Origin: a virus
Taxonomy: Duplodnaviria > Heunggongvirae > Uroviricota > Caudoviricetes
Strand: one strand, 5' to 3'
Length of the DNA stretch: 46,627 bases
Virus record (IMG/VR): IMGVR_UViG_2541047706_000005
Span: 1-46,627 of that record
The notes beneath the pieces are model-generated. The model was not told where the DNA came from. It saw only the letters and a list, made by a program, of their open reading frames with translations, and made no database searches. Positions 9,388-19,507 of the stretch are shown one piece after another (the first letter of the stretch is position 1; each line of letters opens with the position of its first letter). A program made the position numbers and the translations under genes.

Positions 9388-9540
9388 ATCTGTATGTTTT
9401 TTATATAGATTTATTTTTTTGCAGGGGTGTGTGGCTTGGGAGGTGATCGAGAGATCTGAATTGCGATGTTTAGTGAGTTGTATCTATTAATTTTCAAATA
9501 AATACAATTGGTTATGTGTTTTGGGGCGAACGTGAGGCAA

Positions 9541-9565
9541 AGAAAACCCGGCACTGAGGCCGGGT
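9541..9565 (-). terminator. Rho-independent terminator ending the cI operon (tImm-like)
   Basis: Minus-strand stem cccggc/gccggg plus U-tract just after the small ORF stop; approximate coordinates. Confidence 0.6.
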
Positions 9566-9574
9566 GGGGTTTTG

Positions 9575-9745
9575 TTATTGGTGCATTTGGCAGACTGTAG
9601 TATCAGGTCCATAAGCCAAAGTAAAAACAGGCTTGTTGATCAATCCTTTGTTCTTTAATGATTGAATCATTTTACCTTGCTCGCTAACTTTTTGCTTGCT
9701 AAGTATTTCTGCCACTTGCTGTGTCAGTGATTTGTCTTTGCTCAT
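9575..9745 (-). CDS. Small ORF (about 56 aa) coupled to the upstream peptidase-like gene
   Basis: Hand-translated MSKDKSLTQQVAEILSKQK...; its ATG directly abuts the TAA of the 300-aa gene; below track cut-off. Confidence 0.4.
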   Translation of the reverse strand: MSKDKSLTQQVAEILSKQKVSEQGKMIQSLKNKGLINKPVFTLAYGPDTTVCQMHQ

Positions 9746-10648
9746 TTATGACTCACTTTGTTCTGAGAAGGGGAATGAAGACAGAACAAGAACCTGTCGA
9801 TTTGTCTTATACATGTATTCATTAATGACGTTGTGCAGATTTTTTAACGCCATGCTAAAATCTTTGTCGTATGTAAAGTCTTCTACTTTAATTCTTAAGT
9901 CATTGATAAGAGTATTTATTCCTATCGTTCTTCCGTGAGAATGCCACTTTCCGTTGTCACTAAGAGCGGTAGCGATCATTTTAGCTCTTGCTTCTTTTTC
10001 CCTCTTGGAAACTAGCTTTCCTCGTTTTGTGTTACCTTGATGAACCGTCCACTCTCTGAATTTATACTCTACAAGCCACTTCTTAAGCAAGTCTATTGAT
10101 AGCTCTCTGGCTTGCTCGTATCTCCTTAAGTGCGCAAGATCTAACTGACTAAGCATCATTAGTTCAGCTTGGGTAATGGTTCCTTCTCTGGATTTAGTAA
10201 TCATTTCTTCAACTTTATCAAGGTATCCCAAAGCAGGAACCCATTTACCGTCAGAGGATTGCACTTGAGGGTCAATGGGGCCTAATGAAGAAGCATAGTT
10301 CATGTAAATTTTATCTCCAGACATACACCATATTGTGCCTGCCGACATGGCCATATCTGGAATGATAAAATATACCTCTTGATAGAAATGCCTTGTAATT
10401 TCTACCATTTTTTCCACAGACTCAACAGAGCCACCATTTGTATTGAGTATAATAACTAGAAATCTATTGGTACGACTGTTAGCCATCTCCCCAATAGCCT
10501 CAAGTTTTGGTTGGTAAACTTCTTTTGACCATGGAAAGATACCACCGTAGTACGCTATGACGTCGCAGCTTGGGAAAAAGTTATTTTTAAATTGCTCTAA
10601 CTGCCAAGAAATGTATGTTTCTAGTGTTGAATCAAGATTTTGGCTCAT
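9746..10648 (-). CDS. ClpP-fold serine-peptidase-like protein (S49/SDH-type) in the rexAB position
   Basis: ILNTNGGSVES and PDMAMSAGTIWCMSGDKIYMNYASSLGPIDPQ align by eye with ClpP INSPGG and QAASMGA...PNSRVMIHQP blocks; directly downstream of cI on the same strand. Confidence 0.7.
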   Translation of the reverse strand: MSQNLDSTLETYISWQLEQFKNNFFPSCDVIAYYGGIFPWSKEVYQPKLEAIGEMANSRTNRFLVIILNTNGGSVESVEKMVEITRHFYQEVYFIIPDMAMSAGTIWCMSGDKIYMNYASSLGPIDPQVQSSDGKWVPALGYLDKVEEMITKSREGTITQAELMMLSQLDLAHLRRYEQARELSIDLLKKWLVEYKFREWTVHQGNTKRGKLVSKREKEARAKMIATALSDNGKWHSHGRTIGINTLINDLRIKVEDFTYDKDFSMALKNLHNVINEYMYKTNRQVLVLSSFPFSEQSES

Positions 10649-10720
10649 GTGATACCTTGCTATATCAACAATTTACAATAACATGTTGCACTATCGGTTT
10701 TTTATTAATCACAATTGGAA

Positions 10721-11437
<717 letters not shown>

Positions 11438-11444
11438 TTAAATC

Positions 11445-11509
11445 TATCACCGCAAGGGATAAATATCTAACACCGTGCGTGTTGACTATTTTACCTCTAG
11501 CGGTGATAA
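11445..11509. promoter_or_regulatory. Lambda oR3-oR2-oR1 operators with divergent pRM and pR
   Basis: tatcaccgcaagggata, taacaccgtgcgtgttg and tacctctagcggtgata between cI and cro; TTGACT...GATAAT pR. Confidence 0.9.
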
Positions 11510-11525
11510 TGGTTGCATGTACTAA

Positions 11526-11735
<210 letters not shown>

Positions 11736-11773
11736 GTAACACCGCTATTTTCACAATGGACATTCGTCCTACG

Positions 11774-11788
11774 TCGCTGACAAAGCGA
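11774..11788 (+). promoter_or_regulatory. nutR boxB-like hairpin (P22 type)
   Basis: tcgctgacaaagcga between cro and cII; same loop as the nutL candidate. Confidence 0.5.
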
Positions 11789-11873
11789 GTCCCAATATAT
11801 CTGACCAACTAAGGCCATATGCGTTTCCACGCATACCTTTCAACTAACTATTCACTATTGGAAATATTAAGAA

Positions 11874-12170
11874 ATGACACAAGCAAGTTACAGCAAGCCA
11901 ACACAGCGCGACGTTGATCGCGCAGAAACAGATTTACTCATCAACCTGTCAACGCTTACACAGCGCGGTCTGGCAAAGATGATTGGCTGTCATGAATCGA
12001 AGATAAGCAGAACGGACTGGAGATTTATTGCTTCGGTCTTGTGTGCTTTCGGAATGGCATCAGACATCAGTCCGATTAGCAGGGCTTTTAAGTATGCGCT
12101 TGATGGACTCACCAATAAAAAACGCCCGGCGGCAACCGAGCGTTCTGAACAAATCCAGATGGAATTCTGA
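11874..12170 (+). CDS. cII: CII-like transcriptional activator (chimeric: non-lambda N-terminus, lambda C-terminus)
   Basis: C-terminal ...LTNKKRPAATERSEQIQMEF matches lambda CII as remembered; N-terminal two thirds differ. Confidence 0.8.
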   Translation: MTQASYSKPTQRDVDRAETDLLINLSTLTQRGLAKMIGCHESKISRTDWRFIASVLCAFGMASDISPISRAFKYALDGLTNKKRPAATERSEQIQMEF

Positions 12171-12202
12171 GGTCATTACTGGATCAATCCACAGGAGTCA
12201 TT

Positions 12203-13048
12203 ATGACAAATACAGCAAAAATACTCAACTTCGGCAGAGGTAACTTTGCCGAACAGGAGCTAAGAGTGGCTGATATCGATGATGGTTACACCAGATTCGC
12301 TAACGAGCTGCTGGAAGCTATCGCAAGTGCCGATTTAACCGCTCGCCAGTTGAAAGTTATGCTGGCCTACGTCCGGAAAACATATGGCTTCAATAAGAAA
12401 ACAGATCGAATAGCCGATGAGCAAATTGCTCAGTTAACAGGACTGTCAAGACAGAATGTTAACAAGGCTAAAAAAGAACTGATTTCAATGAATTGCCTGT
12501 TTATGGATGGAAATAAAATCGGTGTAAACAGGGAGGTATCTGCGTGGCAATTCAGCAAGTGTCTCCAAGTTAGCAACTTTGTCTCGAAGTTAGAGACAAA
12601 AAATGTCTCCAAATTAGAGACACTCAATGTCTCGAAGTTAGAGACACACAAAAGACATTCTTTAAAGACAAAAGAAAATATTAATAAACCCCCTATATCC
12701 CCCAAAAAAGTTTCTCAGAAGTTCGACCCGCTAGAAACAGAGTTGCCTGATTGGTTATCAGCAGAAACATGGTTGTCGTGGGTTACCTATCGCAAGGAGA
12801 TAGGTAAGTCGATCAAGTCTAAGCAAAGTGTCACTCAGGCTATCAACGTTCTAAGCAGAAGTCTGGAGAAGGGATATACACCTGAAGAAATTATAAACCA
12901 GAGCATCGCCAGTGGTTGGCAGGGGATTTTTGAACCCAAGACTCCAAAGGGGAAATCTCAACCGAGGCCGCAGCAGCGAGCTATGCAGGAAAACTTTGCC
13001 GCCAAAGATTACGGGCAAACTGAAATGCCTTCATGGGCGCAGGAGTGA
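12203..13048 (+). CDS. O: Replication initiator, lambda O-like
   Basis: N-terminus MTNTAKILNFGRGNFAEQE... like lambda O; iterons embedded mid-gene. Confidence 0.85.
   Translation: MTNTAKILNFGRGNFAEQELRVADIDDGYTRFANELLEAIASADLTARQLKVMLAYVRKTYGFNKKTDRIADEQIAQLTGLSRQNVNKAKKELISMNCLFMDGNKIGVNREVSAWQFSKCLQVSNFVSKLETKNVSKLETLNVSKLETHKRHSLKTKENINKPPISPKKVSQKFDPLETELPDWLSAETWLSWVTYRKEIGKSIKSKQSVTQAINVLSRSLEKGYTPEEIINQSIASGWQGIFEPKTPKGKSQPRPQQRAMQENFAAKDYGQTEMPSWAQE
12560..12650 (+). repeat. Origin iterons (four approximately 19-bp palindromic repeats) with adjacent A/T-rich tract
   Basis: Repeated tgtctc-N7-gagaca units inside the O gene followed by an AT-rich stretch. Confidence 0.8.
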
Positions 13049-13050
13049 AT

Positions 13051-13944
13051 ATGAATACGACAAATGGTTACAATCTGGCACTGCAAAGGCAACTTGTAGA
13101 CTCAAAAATCAATGACATTTCTGATCTGAAACAGAAACTTGAGTTTAGCAAAATTGGATCAGCATCAGATGGAATGTCAGTTACCAGCACAGTGGAAGAG
13201 TGCGAGAAACACGGTAAATATACTTCCTATGAGAAATATCTGACCATCTCAGGAAAAAGAATTACTTCAAGTAAATCTGAGTGCCCACAGTGCCTTGAGG
13301 AGAAAATTCGTAAGAAAGAGATTGAACGTGAGCAGGCAGAACAAAGAGCAAGACAATCAAAAATTGAATATTTGTTGAATTCTCTCAATATTCCAGAGAG
13401 GTTCAAAAATTGCACTCTTCAGAATTATGAGCCTGTTAACGATGATGCAAAGCGAGTTCTTAAGGTTTGCCAGGCATATGCCAGTAAGTGGCCTGAACGC
13501 CTTCAAAAAGGTGGCGGACTGGTCATGTGTGGTAAGCCTGGAACTGGAAAGAACCACCTTGCACTGGCTATCGCTAGGCACGCCATTATCGAGCATCAAA
13601 GCTCTGTGATATTTACCACTGCGTTGAAAATTGCCAGAGAGTACAAATCAACATGGTCTAAGGCCGCAACCAGAACTGAAGAAGAAGTCATTAGGCAATT
13701 TACGCATCCTGACTTGTTAATAATCGATGAGGTTGGCGTGCAGTTCGGCAGTGATGCTGAAAAGCTAATCATGTTCGAAATTATCAACACCAGATATGAA
13801 TACATGAAGCCAACAATCCTGATTAGTAATCAGAGCAAAGATGAACTTTCGGCATTCATTGGTGAGCGTGTTATTGACAGGATGAATGATGGCGGCGGGT
13901 GCACTCTTGCGTTTACATGGGATAGTTACAGGAGCAGATCGTGA
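13051..13944 (+). CDS. DnaC-like helicase loader (AAA+ ATPase)
   Basis: Walker A GKPGTGKNHLA and Walker B LLIIDEVG; Cys-rich N-terminal region; occupies the lambda P position. Confidence 0.8.
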   Translation: MNTTNGYNLALQRQLVDSKINDISDLKQKLEFSKIGSASDGMSVTSTVEECEKHGKYTSYEKYLTISGKRITSSKSECPQCLEEKIRKKEIEREQAEQRARQSKIEYLLNSLNIPERFKNCTLQNYEPVNDDAKRVLKVCQAYASKWPERLQKGGGLVMCGKPGTGKNHLALAIARHAIIEHQSSVIFTTALKIAREYKSTWSKAATRTEEEVIRQFTHPDLLIIDEVGVQFGSDAEKLIMFEIINTRYEYMKPTILISNQSKDELSAFIGERVIDRMNDGGGCTLAFTWDSYRSRS

Positions 13945-14231
13945 CTGGAAAAGAAATCATCCTGGAATATCTGAAAACTCATGAACAATTCTCCCCACAT
14001 GAATTAGCTCTGATCACCGGAATACCAAATAACAGAATCGCTCAAGCAGCAAGGCATATGGTGAAACAAGGGCATTTGAGTGTTGTTGAGCGTAAGTGGA
14101 AGACGGTTATTTATGCAAAGCGCAAAGTGAAGAAGGAGCCAATTAAAAGAAATCCAGATGGTACGGGGTGGGGATGTGCAAATCCAATGACGGCGTTTAT
14201 TAATAGGGCGCTTATGGAGGTAAGGCAATGA
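13941..14231 (+). CDS. Ren-like protein
   Basis: 96 aa, N-terminus MTGKEIILEYLKTHEQF resembles lambda Ren as remembered. Confidence 0.5.
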   Translation: MTGKEIILEYLKTHEQFSPHELALITGIPNNRIAQAARHMVKQGHLSVVERKWKTVIYAKRKVKKEPIKRNPDGTGWGCANPMTAFINRALMEVRQ

Positions 14232-14312
14232 CCATCTACATCACTGAGCTAATAACAGGGGCTATTTACACAGTAGCCCTTTTTTATTGGATTAAGAACG
14301 AGGGGGATCCTG

Positions 14313-14525
14313 ATGGACACCGTTAACGGAATGTGTTCAGACGCACCGCGTGCCAAAAAATGTAAGTGCGGAAAATCACCGACAATATTCGACATGGAGA
14401 ACGGGTGCCAAATCTACTGCGCTAACCACGCTGTTGTGGCGGCCGCGAATTATCGCAGTGCGGTAACGGAGTGGAATAACCTGAAATCTGTTAGAGAGGG
14501 AAGTCATGAAAAAACTAACCTTTGA
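14313..14525 (+). CDS. Small Cys-rich hypothetical protein
   Basis: ORF track; several Cys pairs. Confidence 0.4.
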   Translation: MDTVNGMCSDAPRAKKCKCGKSPTIFDMENGCQIYCANHAVVAAANYRSAVTEWNNLKSVREGSHEKTNL

Positions 14526-14946
14526 AATTCGATCTCCAGCACATCAGCAAAACGCTATTCACGCGGTACAGCAAATTCTTCCAGACCCAACCAAACCAAT
14601 CGTAGTAACCATTCAGGAACGCAACCGCAGCTTAGACCAAAACCGAAAGCTTTGGGCTTGCCTTGGTGACGTCTCTCGTCAGGTTGAATGGCATGGTCGC
14701 TGGCTGGATGCAGAAAGCTGGAAGTGTGTGTTTACCGCAGCATTAAAGCAGCAGGACGTTGTTCCTAACCTTGCCGGGAATGGCTTTGTGGTAATAGGCC
14801 AGTCAACCAGCAGGATGCGTGTAGGCGAATTTGCGGAGCTATTAGAGCTTATACAGGCATTCGGTACAGAGCGTGGCGTTAAGTGGTCAGACGAAGCGAG
14901 ACTGGCTCTGGAGTGGAAAGCGAGATGGGGAGATCGGGCTGCATGA
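14506..14946 (+). CDS. ninB: NinB recombination protein
   Basis: 146-aa translation recognised as lambda NinB (MKKLTFEIRSPAHQQNAIHAVQQILPDPTKP...). Confidence 0.95.
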   Translation: MKKLTFEIRSPAHQQNAIHAVQQILPDPTKPIVVTIQERNRSLDQNRKLWACLGDVSRQVEWHGRWLDAESWKCVFTAALKQQDVVPNLAGNGFVVIGQSTSRMRVGEFAELLELIQAFGTERGVKWSDEARLALEWKARWGDRAA

Positions 14947-15470
14947 CTATCAAATCAAATACGCCAGCACACGACAAGGACTGCTGGCAAACGCCGCTTT
15001 GGCTTTTTGATGCACTGGATATTGAGTTTGGATTCTGGCTGGATTCGGCAGCGAGCGACAAAAATGCTCTGTGTGCTCACTGGCTAACTGAGGCCGACGA
15101 CGCGCTCAATTCTGAGTGGGTAAGCCACGGTGCAATCTGGAATAACCCACCGTACAGCAATATCAGGCCGTGGGTGGAAAAAGCCGCTGAGCAGTGCATA
15201 CAACAGCGACAGACGGTAGTGATGCTTGTGCCAGAGGATATGTCAGTCGGATGGTTCAGCAAGGCTCTGGAGAGTGTCGACGAAGTTCGCATTATCACTG
15301 ATGGACGGATTAATTTTATCGAACCATCGACAGGGCTGGAGAAGAAGGGAAACAGCAAAGGCTCCATGCTGCTGATTTGGCGACCGTTCATCAGTCCTCG
15401 ACGGATGTTTACTACCGTATCCAAAGCGGCATTGATGGCGATCGGGCAGAGCGTCAGGAGGGCGGCATGA
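14943..15470 (+). CDS. Phage DNA N6-adenine methyltransferase (Dam-like)
   Basis: NPPY motif (IWNNPPYS); start taken at ATG overlapping ninB stop; occupies the ninC position. Confidence 0.8.
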   Translation: MTIKSNTPAHDKDCWQTPLWLFDALDIEFGFWLDSAASDKNALCAHWLTEADDALNSEWVSHGAIWNNPPYSNIRPWVEKAAEQCIQQRQTVVMLVPEDMSVGWFSKALESVDEVRIITDGRINFIEPSTGLEKKGNSKGSMLLIWRPFISPRRMFTTVSKAALMAIGQSVRRAA

Positions 15471-15643
15471 GACGACAGCGACGAAGTATCACCGACATCA
15501 TCTGCGAAAACTGCAAATACCTTCCAACGAAACGCTCCAGAAATAAACGCAAGCCAATCCCAAAAGAATCTGACGTAAAAACCTTCAACTACACGGCTCA
15601 CCTGTGGGATATCCGGTGGCTAAGACATCGTGCGAGGAAATAA
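15467..15643 (+). CDS. ninE: NinE
   Basis: [47 protein letters not shown]... recognised as lambda NinE-like. Confidence 0.8.
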   Translation: MRRQRRSITDIICENCKYLPTKRSRNKRKPIPKESDVKTFNYTAHLWDIRWLRHRARK

Positions 15644-15649
15644 GGGGAT

Positions 15650-15768
15650 TGACGCGATGATTTATCCGGGGCTATATTCCCAGCACGCCAGCAAAATCTG
15701 GCGTCGGGATTGGCGTCCCGGATAGAGACCGCGACAGACACACGCCGCGAGCGTGTTTTTTTATTGTC
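15650..15768 (+). ncRNA. Candidate small structured RNA (promoter-like element, three hairpins, terminator)
   Basis: TTGACG-17-CTATAT, then stems acgccag/ctggcgt and cggga/tcccg, ending in acacgc-cgcga-gcgtgt plus T7; no ORF. Confidence 0.3.
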
Positions 15769-15923
15769 GAATGCACGCGCACATCTGAATTATGGTGGGC
15801 TGTGTGGGGGCGGAGAGATCCGCGCCGGTCGGTTTCCCGGTTACGCCAACCCTGCACAGTTCACCACCAGACGATTGGCGTCGTCGGTGGTGAGTTATTT
15901 AGAAACCACTCGAGGGCGTCATT

Positions 15924-16604
15924 ATGACAACTCAAATCTCTGTTGAAACTCTCTCCCCGATCACCCATAACCAGATTCCTGTTATCACCACCGAACTTTT
16001 GGCGCAGCTTTATGACACAGAAATTCTGAATATCCAGGTTAACTTCACCAGAAATAAAGAGCGTTTTGTCGAAGGAAAGCACTTTTTTAAAGCAGTGGGT
16101 GAAGAATTAAAAAATTTGCGACTTACTTTAAGTAAGTCACAAAATCCCATCTCTCCCAAAACCCGCTCCCTCATCCTCTGGACAGAACGCGGCGCAGCCC
16201 GTCACGCCAAAATGCTCGAAACCGATCAGGCGTGGGATGTGTTCGAAAAACTGGAAGACTGCTATTTCAGCCAGTGCGAGAAAAATACTGGCAAACAAGA
16301 GAAGAAGCTCAACGGGCTTTCCGCAAAAGAAACAGACAGCCTTGTATGGCTATGGGATTATGCCAACCGCTCACAGGCATTATTCCGCGAACTGTATCCG
16401 GCGCTAAAACAAATTCAATCGAACTATTCCGGCAGATGCTACGACTACGGTCATGAGTTCTCGTATGTTATTGGAATGGCGAGAGACGTTTTAATCAATC
16501 ACACACGAGATGTTGATATTAATGAGCCAGACGGACCAACGAATCTTTCCGCATGGGTAAGGCTTAAGAACAAAGAATTACCTCCTTCACTGCATCGCTA
16601 CTGA
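15924..16604 (+). CDS. ORF6N-domain protein (antirepressor/Roi-like)
   Basis: N-terminal [38 protein letters not shown] resembles the ORF6N domain as remembered. Confidence 0.6.
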   Translation: MTTQISVETLSPITHNQIPVITTELLAQLYDTEILNIQVNFTRNKERFVEGKHFFKAVGEELKNLRLTLSKSQNPISPKTRSLILWTERGAARHAKMLETDQAWDVFEKLEDCYFSQCEKNTGKQEKKLNGLSAKETDSLVWLWDYANRSQALFRELYPALKQIQSNYSGRCYDYGHEFSYVIGMARDVLINHTRDVDINEPDGPTNLSAWVRLKNKELPPSLHRY

Positions 16605-16631
16605 CAATTGACAACTTAACAAACCCAGCTT

Positions 16632-16652
16632 CGGCTGGGTTTTTTATTGGTG
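16632..16652 (+). terminator. Rho-independent terminator
   Basis: cccagc-ttcg-gctggg followed by T-run. Confidence 0.6.
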
Positions 16653-16672
16653 AATTTTCAATATGAGAGGAC

Positions 16673-17401
16673 ATGACAATGAACGAGCTGATAAATAGCA
16701 ACGTCATCAAAATGACTAGCATTGAAATCGCTGAGCTTACAGGTAAGCGTCATGACAATGTGAAACGAACCATCGAAACGCTGGCTAAAAATGGTGTTAT
16801 CCGGCTTCCTCAAATTGAGGATTGTGGAAGAATCAATGGGTTAGGATTAAATCAAAGTTTTTGTGTGTATGTATTCGAAGGCGAACAAGGAAAGCGAGAC
16901 AGTATTGTCGTTGTAGCCCAGTTGTCGCCAGAGTTCACCGCTCGCCTTGTTGACCGCTGGCGAGAGCTTGAAGAAGCTGCGGTTAATATCCCCAAAACGC
17001 TACCGGAAGCGTTGCGCCTTGCTGCTGATCTTGCTGAGCAGAAAATGCAGCTGGAAAACCAGCTCGCAATTGCCGCACCTAAAGTTGAGTTTGCCGATCG
17101 CGTTGGCGAGGCCAGCGGAATTTTGATTGGAAACTTTGCAAAGGTTGTCGGTATTGGCCAAAACAAACTGTTTGCATGGATGCGCGATCACAAAATCCTT
17201 ATTGCTTCAGGTTCCCGGCGCAATGTGCCAATGCAGGAATATATGGATCGCGGCTATTTCACAGTGAAAGAAACAGCGGTCAACACAAATCACGGAATAC
17301 AGATATCGTTCACCACAAAAATCACCGGGCGTGGTCAACAGTGGCTGACCAGAAAGCTGCTCGATAACGGAATGCTGAAAGTAACAGGGGAGGCTGCTTA
17401 A
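16673..17401 (+). CDS. Rha-family regulatory protein with KilA-C-type antirepressor domain
   Basis: N-terminal SIEIAELTGKRHDNVKRTIETL (Rha-like) plus C-terminal domain typical of phage antirepressors. Confidence 0.6.
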   Translation: MTMNELINSNVIKMTSIEIAELTGKRHDNVKRTIETLAKNGVIRLPQIEDCGRINGLGLNQSFCVYVFEGEQGKRDSIVVVAQLSPEFTARLVDRWRELEEAAVNIPKTLPEALRLAADLAEQKMQLENQLAIAAPKVEFADRVGEASGILIGNFAKVVGIGQNKLFAWMRDHKILIASGSRRNVPMQEYMDRGYFTVKETAVNTNHGIQISFTTKITGRGQQWLTRKLLDNGMLKVTGEAA

Positions 17402-17691
17402 TGGCTAACCTACGCAAAGAAGCGCGCGGCAGAGAATGCCAGGTACGTATTTACGGCATATGCAATGACAATCCTGAAACTACAGTTCTGGCACATTACC
17501 GGATGGCTGGAATTTGCGGAACTGGAATGAAGCCTGACGACCTGATCGGCGCATGGGCTTGTAGCGCGTGTCACGATGAAATCGACCGGCGTACAATGAT
17601 TCTCGACAACAAAGACGCCAGACTTTACCACCTCGAAGGCGTGATCAGGACGCAGGCGATACTGCTGAAGGAGGGGAAGATTAAGTCATGA
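17401..17691 (+). CDS. DUF1364/YbcO-like Cys-rich protein
   Basis: 96 aa with conserved Cys/His pattern; immediately upstream of rusA as in other lambdoid prophages. Confidence 0.55.
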   Translation: MANLRKEARGRECQVRIYGICNDNPETTVLAHYRMAGICGTGMKPDDLIGAWACSACHDEIDRRTMILDNKDARLYHLEGVIRTQAILLKEGKIKS

Positions 17692-18083
17692 AAACCTACC
17701 GAATAAAATTGCCGTGGCCTCCTTCAAACAACCGATATTGGCGACACTCAAGAGGGACCCACTACATCAGCGACTGGGGGAAGAGATACCGAAAAGAAGT
17801 AATCGAATTAATTCAGCAACAACAGCTAGACATCAAAATCACACCTCGCATCAGAATAACCATCCACGCAGCACCTCCCGATAACCGCAAACGAGATTTG
17901 GACAATCTGCCCAAAGCCGTTTTTGACGCACTCACCAGTGCGGGCTTCTGGCTGGATGACGGTCAGATAGACGATATGCGCGTCAAGCGCTATCAGGCGA
18001 TTAAAGGTGGAATGCTTGTGTTGGTTGTGACTGAAACATGCGGGAGTTTGCCAATGATTACAGAGCTACTGGAGGCCGCATGA
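17688..18083 (+). CDS. rusA: RusA Holliday-junction resolvase
   Basis: 131-aa product with the RusA acidic catalytic region (DxDN). Confidence 0.85.
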   Translation: MKTYRIKLPWPPSNNRYWRHSRGTHYISDWGKRYRKEVIELIQQQQLDIKITPRIRITIHAAPPDNRKRDLDNLPKAVFDALTSAGFWLDDGQIDDMRVKRYQAIKGGMLVLVVTETCGSLPMITELLEAA

Positions 18084-18286
18084 CGTTCTCAGTAAAAACC
18101 ATTCCAGACATGCTCGTTGAAGCATACGGAAACCAGACAGAAGTAGCACGCAGACTGAAATGTAGTCGCGGCACGGTAAGAAAATACGTTGATGATAAAG
18201 ACGGGAAAAAGCACGCCATCGTCAACGACGTTCTCATGGTTCATCGCGGATGGAGTGAAAGAGATGCGCTATTACGAAAAAATTGA
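18080..18286 (+). CDS. ninH: NinH
   Basis: [37 protein letters not shown]... HTH-like; start overlaps rusA stop. Confidence 0.75.
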   Translation: MTFSVKTIPDMLVEAYGNQTEVARRLKCSRGTVRKYVDDKDGKKHAIVNDVLMVHRGWSERDALLRKN

Positions 18287-18935
18287 TGGCAGCAAATACC
18301 GAAATATTTGGGTAGTTGGCGATCTGCACGGATGCTACACGAACCTGATGAACAAACTGGATACGATTGGATTCGACAACAAAAAAGACCTGCTTATCTC
18401 GGTGGGCGATTTGGTCGATCGCGGTACAGAGAACGTCGAATGCCTGGAATTAATCACATTCCCCTGGTTCAGAGCTGTACGTGGAAACCATGAACACATG
18501 ATGATTGATGGCTTATCAGAGCGTGGAAACGTCAATCACTGGCTGCTTAATGGCGGTGGCTGGTTCTTTAATCTCGATTACGACAAAGAAATTCTGGCTA
18601 AAGCTCTTGCCCATAAAGCAGAAGAACTTCCGTTAATCATCGAACTGGTGAGCAAAGGTAAAAAATATGTCATTTGCCACGCCGATTATCCTTGTGATGA
18701 ATACGAGTTTGGAAAGCCAGTTGATCATCAGCAGGTAATCTGGAACCGCGAACGAATCGGCAACTCACAAAACGGGATCGTGAAAGAAATTAAAGGCGCG
18801 GACACGTTCATCTTTGGTCATACGCCAGCAGTGAAACCACTCAAATTTGCCAACCAGATGTATATCGATACCGGCGCAGTGTTCTGCGGAAACCTCACAT
18901 TGATTCAGGTACAGGGAGAAGGCGCGTGGGCATAA
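18264..18935 (+). CDS. ninI: Lambda-type Ser/Thr protein phosphatase (NinI)
   Basis: GDLHG, GDLVDRG and GNHE metallophosphatase motifs; matches lambda phosphatase as remembered. Confidence 0.9.
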   Translation: MRYYEKIDGSKYRNIWVVGDLHGCYTNLMNKLDTIGFDNKKDLLISVGDLVDRGTENVECLELITFPWFRAVRGNHEHMMIDGLSERGNVNHWLLNGGGWFFNLDYDKEILAKALAHKAEELPLIIELVSKGKKYVICHADYPCDEYEFGKPVDHQQVIWNRERIGNSQNGIVKEIKGADTFIFGHTPAVKPLKFANQMYIDTGAVFCGNLTLIQVQGEGAWA

Positions 18936-19444
18936 GAGAACTAAACCTCACCAAAGAACAGCATGAGTGGCTGAATGGCTGGCTTGAACTGTGGGGCGCA
19001 TGGGTTTATTCAGGTCGTCTGGAAAAGCGCATGAGCAGCGTAATAGCGAAGTTCATGGAGAGCGTAGAGCCGGGAAGAGTTATGACAAGGCCAATGTGTA
19101 ATGATGATGATGGAATGTTGATTTCTCAGGTCGTCGATTCCGTCATGTATATTGACAAGAAAGCCTTTGGCATCCTCCTAAGCTACTACGCTCATGGTTC
19201 ATCTAAGCGAGCAATTGCATCCTACTATCACGCGACTGCAAAGCCACGCAAGATGTGTGGACGTGGTGGCGAGGGATGGAGAAAACCTTCACTGGCAACC
19301 TGTAGAAACGAAATTGACGACATCCTGAAAGCGTCATTATTTGTTTTATACCAGCCAATGCAAAATGCTTTTAAAATGCGTAAACGTGTTGAGAAAGTTA
19401 AGCATGTTGCTGTTAAAAGCCTTGACATGCAATTATCCATTTAG
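18926..19444 (+). CDS. Late-gene antiterminator Q (Q82/Q21 type, not lambda Q)
   Basis: WLELWGAW N-terminal motif typical of the Q82/Q21 family; position just before pR'. Confidence 0.65.
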   Translation: MGIRELNLTKEQHEWLNGWLELWGAWVYSGRLEKRMSSVIAKFMESVEPGRVMTRPMCNDDDGMLISQVVDSVMYIDKKAFGILLSYYAHGSSKRAIASYYHATAKPRKMCGRGGEGWRKPSLATCRNEIDDILKASLFVLYQPMQNAFKMRKRVEKVKHVAVKSLDMQLSI

Positions 19445-19451
19445 CCATAAT
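19422..19451 (+). promoter_or_regulatory. Candidate late promoter pR'
   Basis: TTGACA then 18 bp then CATAAT at the 3' end of the Q gene. Confidence 0.4.
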
Positions 19452-19507
19452 TAGAAGGTAAGCTGCCGTTAGTGACTCTTAAGTTGCAACGGTGGCTTTT
19501 TTTATTT

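Noticed and set aside
9696-9938. Plus-strand 80-aa ORF (TTG start) overlapping the end of the peptidase-like gene
   Set aside because: Antisense to a coupled gene pair, AT-rich low-complexity translation; likely spurious
12560-12650. Short direct/palindromic repeats that could be mistaken for a CRISPR array
   Set aside because: Only four imperfect 19-bp palindromic units with no spacers, inside the O gene: classic origin iterons
15077-15601. Minus-strand 174-aa ORF across the Dam-like gene and ninE
   Set aside because: Antisense to two confidently called genes with overlapping starts; no independent signals
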